From the NCBI GenBank assembly GCA_024704765.1, contig JAKMXF010000312.1, positions 346,181 to 410,180 on the forward strand: a stretch of 64,000 nucleotides of DNA, given 5' to 3'. The notes under the pieces are model-generated. The model was not told the DNA's origin. It saw only the letters and a program-made list of their open reading frames with translations, and made no database searches. Source of the stretch: Oopsacas minuta. Taxonomy: Eukaryota; Animalia; Porifera. Position numbers and translations under genes: made by a program. Shown here piece after piece: positions 13,901-26,700 of the stretch; position 1 is the first letter of the stretch, and the number at the start of each line of letters is the position of its first letter.

Positions 13901-16199
13901 TCGTGATAATTGTATTACTGGCTATTACAGCTGTATTAATCATCCTCTTAATTTGGAAACTTCGGAAGAGGAAAGTGAAAAAGTTTGAAGTACTTGAGAC
14001 AGAGGAAATTCCACCTGAACCGAGTACTAAGCCAAGCAAAGACTTTGGCTACTCCCCAGTGCCAATTGATAATCTTGCGTACAATCCAGAATTGACCGAG
14101 TCAATGGGTGTAAAGTCAAAGTTTAAGGAATCAGCAAGGAATAGTGGGAATTATCAAAATTTGAAGGAAGTTATGGACCCTAGGATGGAGCCTATAGCTT
14201 TACATTTGTTTAAAAAGGCAATTGATATGCTTTGGAAAGATGAAACTACACTTGAAAATGAATACAAGAGTTTAGGTGGTGAAACACTACTTTACGAATG
14301 TGGGTATGCTCAATTAGATCAAAACCGAATCAAGAATAAATATAAATTCATTTATCCATATGATAAATCACGTGTTGTGCTGAAGAAACTTGGGAAAGCA
14401 ATGCACACAGATTATATCAATGCAAGCAATATACCAGGAGTATATGTTAAAGAGAATTTTATAGCGGCACAAGGCCCGAAGGAAAATACTATTAAGGACT
14501 TTTGGAGAATGGTCTTTGAGCTGAAAATTGTGAATATTGTTATGGTTACTAATTGTGTTGAAGGTGGTAAGCAGAAGTGCGAAGAATATTTCCCAACAAA
14601 AGAAGGACAAATTAGTGAATTTCCTCCTTTCAAAGTTCGTATTACAAATGCGGTACAGTCCAGAGGTCATATCACAAGGATAATTAGTATTGAAAGGGGA
14701 AATGAAAAGTTTCAAGTCAAACACTTCCATTTCACAGCCTGGCCAGACCATGATGTACCATCTCTACATCACGAATTGCTACAGTTCATTGGCTATGTAC
14801 ATGAGAATATTACTCAAAGCGACGCGCCAATACTTGTACACTGTTCAGCTGGTGTGGGTCGTACAGGGACGTTTATTACTCTATTCAATCTGAGGGCTAA
14901 TATATTGAAACAACAGCCTATTAGTGTTTACCATTTAGTGCACGAAATGAGGGAACATCGTCCTCACATGGTGCAAACCTTTCGGCAATATAAATTCATT
15001 TATCTTGCTGTACTTGAATTGTTACAGGAAAAGACTGCGGTATCTGCCGAGGAATTTCTGAGTACTTATCAGAATTATATGGAATCTGCGCGGATAGAAG
15101 AATCCGAATTTGCAAAACAGTTTTCGGAGCTTAATTATCAATGCGATAAGTCTTTTGTATATTCCTCAGATAAGGGCGAAGAGAACGCCGATAAAAACCC
15201 CGTGAAAGATATCCTACCGTACGACATTAACCGCGTTATGATCTATTCTCCATTTTTCACCTGCAACTATATAAATGCTACCAATCATAACGATTTTTTC
15301 ATAACCACTCAACATCCCTGTGAAAATACTCTACGGGACTTCATGCAAATGATATATGAGACTAATGCTGGGCTTGTGGTCATGCTTACAACATCAAAAG
15401 AGAAGAGTAAGATATTAGGGAATTTATCAGAACGTAAGGCTTATTGGCCACATAAGGATGATACCTTGGAAGTACCACCCTTCCAAGTTCAAGTAGTGAA
15501 TGCTGAGAAGACAACAGCAATGATAAAACAGAAAATATCACTGAAGAATGTAAAGGAGAACTCAGAACATGAATTCCTACAAGTAATTTCTGCAACTTGG
15601 AATGAGAAAGGTGAACCTATCGATTATCAATGCATTATTAATGTAGTTCGCTTTATCACAGTTCAAAGACAAAAATATCCACATTCGCCGATTATAATAC
15701 ACTGTGTGGATAGCATTGGGAAAACTGGTGTTGTGTTAACTGTATATGAATGTATTAAAGAGATGCAAGAGACTGGAGAAATTGATATTTTCCATACAGT
15801 TAAGCGACTGAGAAGAGAGAGAATGAAATGTATACCACATTTGGTAAGTTGACTTTCTCATAGAATCGAATTTATTACTGTGCCGTGGATGGCTTTATAT
15901 GTTACCATATACTTACAGTGGATTCCGGTTATAAGAACACCAGATATAAGAACATACCGGTTATTGGAAGTAAGAACACACATTGCTACTCCCAAGGAGG
16001 TTCTTATAACCTGTATTCACTCTCCCGTTAACACCTTTAGAGATTAAAACACCGAATTCGGCGTATATACTCGTAGTAACCTCTCTAGTTGTGCAACTGA
16101 CAACATAAATTTTTACATGTACATTTTCACACCTTCTCTATCTTTTAGTCTCAATTCCAAGCATGTTTTACGCTAATGAAGCAATACCTCGATTATTAA
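7911..16199 (+). CDS. Receptor-type protein tyrosine phosphatase 'RPTP-B': signal peptide, 13 Ig-like exons (one decayed), FN3, TM, active D1 + D2
   Basis: Exons 7911-7977 (MRTEYLFILIVFVLQILSVIGQG), 8263-8523, 8911-9186, 9278-9499, 9734-10015, 10084-10353, 10446-10667, 10758-11033, 11140-11421, 11486-11710, 11781-12062, 12292-12621, 12730-12993, [13058-13349 frameshifted], 13571-15843, 16149-16199 (SQFQACFTLMKQYLDY*). D1 KNKY, WPDHDVP, HCSAGVGRTG; D2 HCVDSIGKTG. Confidence 0.9.
8005..8108. mobile_element. MITE family M4 remnant (GCTTATAAGAAC...GTTCTTATAAGC)
   Basis: Inverted termini gcttataagaac / gttcttataagc and internal ttgctactcctaagggtgttc shared with 15914 and 50222 copies. Confidence 0.65.
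15914..16022. mobile_element. MITE family M4 copy in last intron of RPTP-B
   Basis: tacagtggattccggttataagaac ... gttcttataacctgtattcac; TA|CAGTG terminus. Confidence 0.75.
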
Positions 16200-16484
16200 C
16201 CAGAAGGAACTGTTGAAATAAGTCACCTAATATATGAATGCTCATTTCTTAATATTATTTTGATTGTCTCTCTGTATTATATTTAGTGTGTAATTCCAAT
16301 GTATTAGCTATTTATGTGAAGTGTGATTTGTAAGCTATACTTGTGTGTAGTTAATTTTATTGGTTAATAGTTTCTAATATATATCGTTTGCTAATGAATT
16401 ACATATGTAGATTGAATTCTTGTAAAATGACGGTATAATATTTCGCGAGTTTTCGATACATAAAGTTCTGGGAATTGCAACAGA

Positions 16485-18582
16485 ATGTGTGTTAGAAATT
16501 CGATATTTATTTCATTTTTACTGTTCTTGTTGATTGTTATTGGACAAGGTAAGTTGTATTCCTTAAAATGTAATCCAGTTTTACAGCCAGTATTTGTAGC
16601 CATACGAATTCAATTGAATATTTATCTCTCTCTTCGAACATTGGCTATTGACATTACGCGTTTAAGATACAGTGTATGCCGGTTTTAAGCACACACTTGG
16701 GATTAGCGATACATGTACTTATAACCGGCATAAATATAAGGGAATATATGAGAACTGTTTTCCAGAGGATTGTTCTTATAACCGACATACAATGCATCTA
16801 TTATAGGTAGTTATATTCAAGAGATCGAGATTATAAGCATTATAGCCCTCAATGAAAATACAGTATTAATATCATGGGATCTTAAAGTCCCACTCTTACA
16901 GAATTCAACTGAAGTTTTCCACATACACTACGGAAGGTATAATACAAATACTTATGCTGGACACACGAATAATCAAAGCTACATACTCCGTGACCTCACA
17001 GCTGGGATATCCTACAGAATATACATAGCTATGACGTATGTATTCTCTAATATAACATACAAAACTGACACATACCAATTCAAGATTGAGAAAATTCCTG
17101 CTACAGAGATGAATATACCCAGTATTGCTGCTATTTCTATTGTCGTATCCTTGACTATATTATCTATTGGGGTTTTAGTGATAGTATTGGCGATATGTGG
17201 GCTGAAACGTGTTGGAATTACAGGGAAATTTGTTCGAGAACGGCTGCAATTGAATGGCAAAACAAACAGTAATATATGTATGATTACATCATCTGAATGT
17301 AATAGTGGGAATATTACATTGAATGATACAGCTGAAACTCGTAAGAATGCGATTTCTATCGAAGAAACTGTGATAGAACAAGGAATTGATATTGATTCGA
17401 TATATTTCGCGAATATCAGTCAGAACGATTGTAATGTTAGCGAAATAACTAACGTAATTGAAACGGAAAGTATATCTGATATTCCAGACGTTTTAAATAC
17501 TGAAAATGCAGACCAAAGAGTTGAATATACTCCCGAACAGCTCAGTGAAAATCTTTCTGATAAAACATACACAATTCCACCAACATTAAGCAAAGATTTG
17601 AATGAGACATATGAAATTACATACAAAGATGTTGAAAATATTGATCAACAAAATACAGAAATTGTTTTCAATATTGAGCTCGAGTTTGAAGCATTAAACG
17701 CTGAAACAAGTGAGCAAAACTGTGAATTTGATGTGAATAATATTACGCTTGAATCGCCAAATTTTGAAGGTTACACACTAAATGCAAGTTACCTTTATAA
17801 TGCAAATATTATTGCGACAATACACCCAACGCGTAGGAGGGATTTCCTACAACTTGTGTACCAAAGTAAATGTAGTTTAATTGTAATGCTTACGAGTAGG
17901 CTAGAGCAGCAAAGTATTATAGCTAGAACATCAGAGTATGTACGATATTGGCCAGTTGATGAATACACAAATGAACAGGAAGATACGCTAATTGAGCAGG
18001 AGATATCTTTACAGCATAGTGTCGAAAACAATAGTATATCATTCAAACATATAATATTTACTGGGTGGGATGATAACGGTGATATTGAAGACATATCGAA
18101 TGTTATTAAGCTGCTGCGGATAATACAAACACATAAAGAAATGAACATGAATACTCGAGTAATAATACATTGTAATGATGGCGTAACGAAGACTGGGATA
18201 TTAATGACTTGCTATACTGCATTACAGGATATGGAGGATAGGAATTGCTATAATATTGAAGATATTGTGAGAGATCTAAGACAGCAGAGAACAAACATGT
18301 TGCCAACCCTTGTAAGTTATTTAATTGTGCGATATATTCTCATTTTTGCATACAGTGAAACCTCAATACGAACACAGTTAATTGGAATTTCCGTATAAGA
18401 CGTTTAAATGTTCACCAATGGTTATTGAGATTACACCGGTTAATACGAACTCAGGATAAAGCGTACACATTTTGACCGCCTCTTGGTGTTCGTATTCACT
18501 GCATTTACTAAATTTATATTTCTAGACATCTTACAGAGCTTGTTATCGTATCATGGAAGAATTCTCATCACTACAGCAATGA
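16485..18582 (+). CDS. Truncated RPTP paralogue 'RPTP-C': signal peptide, single FN3, TM, acidic linker, degenerate D2-like domain only
   Basis: Exons 16485-16548 (MCVRNSIFISFLLFLLIVIGQG, same ttattggacaag|gt junction as RPTP-B), 16807-18311 (FN3 ISWDLKV...LRDLTAGISYRIYI; TM; NASYL, DFLQLVY, HCNDGVTKTG), 18526-18582 (TSYRACYRIMEEFSSLQQ*). Last intron at the same position as in A and B. Confidence 0.85.
16668..16796. mobile_element. MITE family M4 copy in RPTP-C intron 1
   Basis: tacagtgtatgccggttttaag ... gttcttataaccgacatacaatgca; internal segment matches 50700-50760. Confidence 0.7.
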
Positions 18583-18825
18583 TGATTGACTGTGAAAGTA
18601 GTAATCCTTTTATGATTTCAAATTGTGTATTCCTTAAATCATATTTAATTAATAAAATCACAAAAAACTAGTATATTTCTCTACTGCCATTCTCTGCAAA
18701 AATGTGGACTTTTAAAAGCAACCAAAATGTAGATTATTATAATTATATAATATTAATATGTAATGTTAAGAAGTACCAGGGATAATAACGCTAATTCATT
18801 TATATAAGTTATACTTGCTTTTCTA

Positions 18826-18960
18826 TAGTGCTTATGTTTCCATGGCAACCTAAGAGATGCCCATCAAATTGTATTCATTTTAATTATATAATTCACATTA
18901 TATCTAGAGTGCTTATGTTTCCATGGCAACATAAAAGATCCGATCAAATTGTATTCATTT
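18826..18960. promoter_or_regulatory. Tandem ~55 bp direct repeat, each unit carrying an RFX X-box (GTTTCCATGGCAAC at 18836 and 18917)
   Basis: agtgcttatgtttccatggcaac...atcaaattgtattcatttta occurs twice, 81 bp apart; the core fits the X-box consensus GTYNCCATGGNAAC. Confidence 0.55.
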
Positions 18961-19218
18961 TACTCAAATATTTCACTGAATTATAATAGCATTACAAAGC
19001 GCTATTCTTACATAACACGGGGGGTAAATAGATAGGACATTTAATAAACTTCATGAGTTACTCAGGGCTCTCAACCGGGAAACCTTCAAAATCCTGAGAT
19101 GTGCAATTTACTATTAGTTTTCCATGAAAAGACCAGGGATTTTGTAGTTTTGTAGGCCTGACATCGTGAGAGTTGGTAGCCCTGATTACTTATCAATCTC
19201 CAATTCACGAAATTAGTT

Positions 19219-19425
19219 ATGGCTGGCCTTGGTTTAGAAATTGTAAAGATGTCACTGTACGTATTCTTCCCAGTGGCTCTGTTTATTTATTTCAATGTCC
19301 CTGCTTTCCAAATAAAAGATATGAAAGGTTGGAGACGAAGATTTGAGAATACTCAGAAACTCCCAAAGACTTTTGAAGGGACGAGACAATTGGCTGAAGA
19401 GTTTATGGCGAAGAAGAGAGATTAA
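19219..19425 (+). CDS. PET100: PET100 cytochrome c oxidase assembly factor
   Basis: 68 aa, intronless; LEIVKMSLYVFFPVALFIYFNVP matches the PET100 N-terminal motif (LE..RM.LY..FPV..F..FN.P). Confidence 0.85.
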   Translation: MAGLGLEIVKMSLYVFFPVALFIYFNVPAFQIKDMKGWRRRFENTQKLPKTFEGTRQLAEEFMAKKRD

Positions 19426-19528
19426 TTTTGTACACTTTCAATAGATATAATTCTATGCATTAAATGGCGTTAGTAAGTAAGTTATGACGTAATATATATT
19501 ATTATATTTCTTAAATATTAGCTATATT

Positions 19529-21054
19529 ATGTCGGATACAGCAGAACCAATTCCCAAACCTATTCCTTCACCTCTTTCATCTCCAGACAGTGATACAGAG
19601 CTCCCGGTAGAGATGTCTCCTCCTCCTCCTACTGAATATTCTACTGACCCTATATGGTCTGACGTTATACCGATACCACAACATGAAGGACCATTTCCGG
19701 TTGTCAGGATTGCATACACGAAGGTAATAATAATTTCTCCTAGTTATGAATTCAATGGTAATCTGACTTAATATATTATTCTGTATAGGAATTCAAAGAA
19801 GTACACGATTACCTCCGTGCTATGCTTAAAACCAATGAACAGAGCGATAGAGCTCTATCACTCACTGAACATGCTGTAACACTAAACCCAGCTAATTACA
19901 CTACATGGCAATATAGGAGAGTGTTATTGAAGGCTATGGGATGTGATTTGGAGAAGGAATTGGATTTTATTGCTAGTGTTATTGGGAAACACCCTAAGAA
20001 CTATCAGGTGATTTATTTGTTTGTTTGTTTTCCAGTTTGTTTATTTCATTGGTTGCTTGTTTGCTACAGGTATGGTACCATAGACAGAAGCTAACTGAAT
20101 GGATTGGATCTCCAGGAAAAGAATTCGAATTCACTGCTGATTGTCTAGAAGATGATACTAAGAACTACCATGTATGGCAGTACAGACAATGGCTATTAGA
20201 GAAATTCCCTAGTTACTACAAGGCTGAATTGGAATTTGTTGATACTCTGATTAAAAATGACGTCAGGAATAATTCTGCTTGGAATCAGAGATATTTTGTT
20301 CTAACTAAAATGAGTGAATTTACAGTAGAACTAGTCAGGAAAGAGGTATGCTATTATGACGGAAATAGGTTATTAGTTATGTGACCATGGATGGTGGATT
20401 TATTTCATCTGCTTGGACGTTGTTCTACGTCATTTTGAGGAACTCCTAGCTTGATTGGGCGGGGAAATTGTACAGTCAACTCCCGTTATGTCAAACATAG
20501 ATATACCGAAGTCTTATATTGTACAAATATGGTTCCAAACCGTCAAAGTAGCATATATTATATCGGTTATATCAAAGCAATTATTGAGGTCCCTTGAGCT
20601 TCGATATAACAGGAGCTAACTGTATATAACATATATCCACCATCCATGGTTAATATCCAATAATCTTTTAGCCGGGAGTTTTAATATTTGAATTATACAG
20701 ATTGAGTATACAAAACTTTGTATCCGGTTATCACTACATAATGAGAGTCCTTGGAATTATATGAGAGGTATCCTGAATTGCCAAGATTTGAGTTTATATC
20801 TTGAAGTTAAGATCTGGATTCTGCAAACAATCGCGAAAAGAAAACCGTCAATATACGCGTATAGTATTCTAATTGATATATGTGAAATGGAGATTGAAGA
20901 GGGAGGTCCTGAAATGTGTCAAAATGCCTTGACAGAAGCTCTGAGTTACTGCCAAATCCTGGGAGAAGATATGGATGTTATACGTAAGAATTATTGGGCT
21001 TATACTGCAGACAGATTGAAAAATTTATTCACAGTTATCCATGGTGTAAAGTGA
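19529..21054 (+). CDS. FNTA: Protein farnesyltransferase/geranylgeranyltransferase-I alpha subunit
   Basis: join(19529-19723,19789-20007,20070-20345,20701-21054); PFTA repeats NPANYTTWQYRR, KNYQVWYHR, KNYHVWQYRQW, DVRNNSAWNQRYF, NESPWNYMRG. Confidence 0.95.
20367..20665. mobile_element. Foldback family M3 (arms ...ttaaccatggatggtggattt / aaatccaccatccatggttaa...) with nested M2 MITE (20471-20624)
   Basis: Left arm gtgaccatggatggtggattt (~20381), right arm atccaccatccatggttaatatccaataa (~20635); inner element tacagtcaactcccgtt...aacaggagctaactgta. Confidence 0.75.
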
Positions 21055-21318
21055 GTGTATATTATTATATAAAATTATTATATTTATTTGTTGGAAGATT
21101 TTAGTAATCTGTAAGCATGCAAATGCAAGTGTTACCCTCTGTATGATTATATCAGTGTTGCCAGATAATGGACAAAGTTCATAGATTTTTGCTTTGGAAT
21201 CAACTTCTGAACTTTGAACATTTGACTAATGGCATGAATTTGTGGGTACTTGGCAACACTGTTATATATATTGATGTGTTTTACCATAGTATGCTGTATA
21301 ACGTTAGATTTTATGTAA

Positions 21319-23095
21319 ATGGCTATCGCCCCCCCTTCACAGCCAAAGATATCTCTACCCACTGGACCATATCCACCTCTACCATCCAGCACATTCCATT
21401 CATCCTTAATCGTTACCAAGGAAATTTCTATGATATCTAAAGGTAGTTTTGTTGTTATAAAGCCGATTGGTAAAGGCTCTATGGGAATAGTATATTTGAT
21501 AAAAAGTTTAAACGAAGATAGCATTGAAGGAGCTGAGCTATTCGCTATGAAGGAAATGGACTATGGATATGACGGTAATGATTTGAATGGCAAATTCAAG
21601 TTAATTCAACGCGAAATTCGCATTCTATCCCATCTATCACATCCTAATATTGTACATTATTATACTTCAATGATTTCTGTAGCTAATGGTTGTATACAAT
21701 TAGTACAGGAGTATTGTAATAGAGGTACACTGTATCAATTTGTCAAGGAGAGGAGAGCTAATTCTGAAGAGTTTCTTAATGAGAAAGAGGTTTGTTAATA
21801 ATGGATTATTCTCTTTAAAATTAGCTTAATTTTTATGTCCAAACAATTTCTCGAAAATACGCTTTGATTTTCTATCAAATTTCCCATATTTTATCCAATA
21901 ATACCTGATACATTGTTTTGACCAACATATATGCTTATTTGATATTTCACCATGGATGATGGATTTCTTTTATTTAAGTTATATACAATTCCCTCCAATC
22001 AAGCGAGGAATGCCTCAAAATAACCTAAAAAAACATCCAAGCTGATAAACTAAATATACAATCCATGATTAAATAATTACTAAGCATATTGGGGACTATT
22101 TTCAAAATTACAAACATATCCTTTGTATATAGGTACTTATATGGAGCTGTCAATTAGCAAGTGCTCTCGTATATCTCCATGATTCTAAAATCCTACACAG
22201 AGACTTAAAGTCACAAAACATATTCTTAACATCAGACCTCTCGGATTTTCACACATCACCGCTAACAACCGTTCTCAAACTTGGTGACTTTGGAATATCT
22301 CGCCCTTTAGAAGGAACTTACGATCTAGCTAGTACATGTATAGGCACACCAGCTTATATGGCGCCTGAAGTATGTCATAAGAGTTTGTATAGCTATCCTT
22401 GTGATATGTGGTCTATTGGCTGTGTCATTGTTGAAATATGCAGTCTCAAACCCGCATTCCAAAGCACAAGTATGGTTGTTAAGATATTCACGTACAGTCA
22501 ACTCCCATTTTATTGAACACGAACCTACCGAAATAACCGCTTATATGGAAGTCTGAATTGTACAAATATGTATCAAATTATCGGTCCCTTGAGCTTTGAT
22601 ATAAGGGGAGTTAACTGTATTAGATATCCTTGGTTTTATCTACACACATATTTTATACTAGGTCTCGTTGCTATGGTTTTTAAGATTCTGAATGCTGATT
22701 ACACACAGATACCAGGGAAATATTCACAGAGCTTATCTGCGTTTATTGACAGTTTATTTCGCGTAGAACCTGAACTAAGACCAACTGCGAAACAGGCTAT
22801 GAATATTTTAAGTGAATTATTGGAAACTGTGTCTGTGACGAAATTTGCGGAATCTAACACTTTGGATGAATATGATAATGATTTTGATTCATTTTCGGAC
22901 CATTCTAGCGATACAAACTGTGATATTTCGCAGGGAATGGCTACCCTATCTCTTACACTTTGTCCCGACACGACTAAGGAAATAGTCACACAAACTACAA
23001 ATGAAAATGTAGTTAAATCTCGCGGAATTTCACAGCAGAATTCTGATAATTATTCAGATGATTTTGATTCTTACTCCGAGAATGAAGATGGTTGA
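21319..23095 (+). CDS. NIMA-related (NEK family) Ser/Thr kinase
   Basis: join(21319-21789,22133-22469,22662-23095); GKGSMG, FAMKE, HRDLKSQNIF, LKLGDFGISR, IGTPAYMAPE. The 3' end may extend through a further small exon near 23195-23227. Confidence 0.9.
21921..22103. mobile_element. Foldback family M3 copy in NEK intron 1
   Basis: atatgcttatttgatatttcaccatggatgatggattt ... aatccatgattaaataattactaagcatattggggactattttc. Confidence 0.65.
22493..22619. mobile_element. MITE family M2 (pogo/Tigger-like TA|CAGTCAACTCCCG termini) in NEK intron 2
   Basis: tacagtcaactcccc ... ggtcccttgagctttgatataaggggagttaactgta. Confidence 0.8.
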
Positions 23096-23712
23096 TTAAG
23101 CAAACTAAATTCTATTAATATTAACAAGGAAATACAGCTAAGTTATATTTTGTTTGAATTGTATAATTTTCGTTATATAAGCCATTGCTTGCAGATGCTG
23201 ATTCCATACTTGCTGACCAGAGGTTGGTAAGTAGGATTGTTGGTATCACTCTCTTCCCTTGAACGGTACCTCCCCTGCATCTTAAGACTTGTATATCTGT
23301 TAACTACCCCTGTACTTTACCCCCAACTAAGTTATCCTATATCTCCATTAGAGTATTATAAAGCAAATCGTCTGTATCCTTTTATGTAATATGAAACTCT
23401 TCTTAAATATTACTCATACAATTGAGTGAATAGCCTATTAATATCCTAAAAGTATTATTTCTGAGTATAAGCACACAGTTTTTATTTTCAACTCAATATA
23501 TAGTATACTCAACACCAGTTATATCTAACACAGATATATGGAAATACCAGCGAAGTTTGAAATTGTAGAAATATGGTCCCAAACCGTCAAATTAACTTGA
23601 GCATCGAAATAATAATATTAATAAATCTTATGAATTACGCAAAATTCGTTTTCGTAGTTATTTGTTCATTTCTTTTCAATTATAATTTGCATTAGTTTTG
23701 AGAAGTTACAAA

Positions 23713-26700
23713 ATGGAAGATTTTGTGAAAACCTTCAAGTCAGTACGTACTATACCTAATCTTGTCCCATCACGAGAGACAGTTTTACCCCCAGAACTTC
23801 ACCGCAAAGCTAAATATTTAGTTAACAGTAAAACTCACGAGTACAAAATACTGAAAATATACGAGATTATTATTTCTAATCTCCGCAGTGGGAAGAGTAT
23901 ACTGGATATTAAGCAGGGATTGTATAGTATTTCTAAATACCCTCTATGCTTGTTCTTGGACCAAGATAGACCGGAGTTCCATCAAATTCGGGTAAGTTTG
24001 TTTCTAACCATAGAGAAACCAATAGCTGTTGTTCATAACCATTTTTACCATATATGGGCATGTTGTTATACGAAAATGGTCCCCTTATGTGCTTATTAGC
24101 TATTTAACCGTGGATGGTGGATTTTGTATATTTTTTATATTACATACAAATTTGCCTGTACAATAAAGTAGTGAGTGATCCTAAATGACCTAAAACAACA
24201 ACCAAGCAGATACACTAAATCCTCCATCCATGGTTAAATAACTAATAATCATATAGTGGCCATTTTTCACAATATGACGTCATGCTTTATTATTTATCTA
24301 TTCCGTATAGACTTTCTCTGGATATTACACATACGAGATTAAAGAGAAACTAGAAAACTTTGGGCAAATTTTAGAAGCTTTAGGCTACTATTACGACGAA
24401 TCAAGTCAACTGTACAAATTGGATAATGAATTCCGTCAGAATCCTGGATTTGATGAAACCATAGCGATAATTGGATGTGAATTATTGCTGGCTTGCGAGG
24501 AACTGGATTTATTCCTTGAAATGTCAAAAACCCTTCAAACCGATCCAGTACTTCATTTCCAATCACTCCATGGTTTCACCCCAACTCCAAATTATAAACC
24601 TCAAGCTGATAATTATCAACCATACGATCAGATTACAGGTAATCCGCCGGTAGATCCATACCCACCACAGCAACAGAGACAGGATGCTCAACTTCGTAAT
24701 CATATGTATGGAGACGTAGATCATAAACAGATGAGGGGCCGTTCTCTACCGCCTACCCCAGGAAGTGTAGGACTAGCAGAAGTTGACGTGAAGCCTGCTC
24801 TGACGAAGAACGTCTGTGATCAAGGTAGATATGATATTATATCACAAAATATTGAGCATAAGAATCGAGTTTCTGGGTTGCCCGAGCAGAAAAGCTTAGA
24901 CCCTTTTCCAAATGTATTGGATAATGAAGGGGCTAAAGCTCACAGTGGAAATCAAGGTATTTATCAACCTCAACAAAACAATCCACAAGTTATCGAACCA
25001 GGTCAAGGGAGAGGACCCATGGTTAATCCTAAATATCTTCAGGAACCGCTAGGAGGCGGTGGATATGATCCTAGAGATATCAATCGACCACCTCCAGCGA
25101 GCCAGGAATATACTCAGGGAGATGTCAGTCGACTATCAATGGAGCATCCAGGTCATCCTTATATATCACCAGATCCCCAGGTATACAATTATAGAGATCC
25201 TCATCAACTACGAATGGAGAATCAAAGCCATTCTCAGATATCAGGAAACCAGGGATATGATCAAAGAGATGCCAGCCAAATACGAATGGAGAATCAAAGC
25301 CGTGCTCAGCTACCAGGAAACCACGTATATGATCAAAGAGATATTAGTCGAATACCAATGGAGAATCAAAGCCGTACTCAGCTACCAGGAAACCACGTAT
25401 ATGATCAAAGAGATGCTAGTCAAATACGAATGGAGAATCAAAGCCGTCCTCAGCTACCAGCAAAACCGGTATATGATCAAAGAGGTGTCAGCCAAATACG
25501 AATGGAGAATCAAAGCCGTCCTCAGCAACTAGGAAACCAGGTATATGATCAAAGAGATGCTAGTCAAATACGAATGGAAAATCAAAGCCATCTTCAGCTA
25601 CCAGGAAACCAGGTATATGATCAAAGAGATGCCAGCCAAATGCGAATGGAGAATCAAAGACATCCTCAGATGCCAGGAAGCCAGGTATATGATCAGAGAG
25701 ATGCCAGTCAAATACGAATGGAGAATCAAAGACATCCTCAGATGCCAGGAAGCCAGGTATATGATCAGAGAGATGCCAGTCAAATACGAATGGAGAATCA
25801 AAGACATCCTCAGATGCCAGGAAGCCAGGTATATGATCAGAGAGATGCCAGTCAAATACGAATGGAGAATCAAAGAAATCCTCAGGTATCAGAACACCAG
25901 GGATATGATCAGAGAGAGTCAAATGAAGCATACATGGCCAATCGAAGTCAATCACAAACAACAAATAATCCCCAAAGTAATGAACAATTGGATGCGATTA
26001 ACTCTCCACGATTCCAAAGTATCATAAATCAAGGTAAAATTGAACAACAACAAGCACCTATTCTTCCTAAGCCTGATGGGATGCCAGATCATTTGTTAAA
26101 TAATTTTGATGATTATAAAGATATGCCGGTACATAATGCTATACACTCTCAGACACCACGTGGTATAGGAAGTCGTAGCACTGGTAGTCCTGCTCAAGCA
26201 TTAGATAAAGTCCAAGAGTCCCCTGGACGTACTAGCCCACAAGGTGAAGGGGATCCCTTCCGAAGTGAGGCATTTTACAGACATGGTAGTGTGTCATTAC
26301 ACGATACACAGAAAAGAGTTTCACAAGAACAGCAACTACACAGTGATGTAAAAGAGCCAGAAGGGCCCACTCGTAACCTTTCAGATAAACAGAAGGAGTT
26401 AAGTGATAAACAAATAGAGCCACCCCAACAATCATATGGTGAATCAAGAATGCATCAGGAAGACAGGACACAAATGCCACGGCCACTGGGATTTGATGAA
26501 CCATTGCGACATTCTGACAGACCACAGGACATACAGCATCGAATCCAGAATATGCACTTAAGTCAAACTGACCCTAGACATCAATACGAACAATCTAATC
26601 AACCTCAGAATTACTATAAAGATCAGCAATATATGTACCATGAACAGCATATTGATCCTGGAGTAGATCCCAAAAGGTATGATCCGTACCATGGACAACA

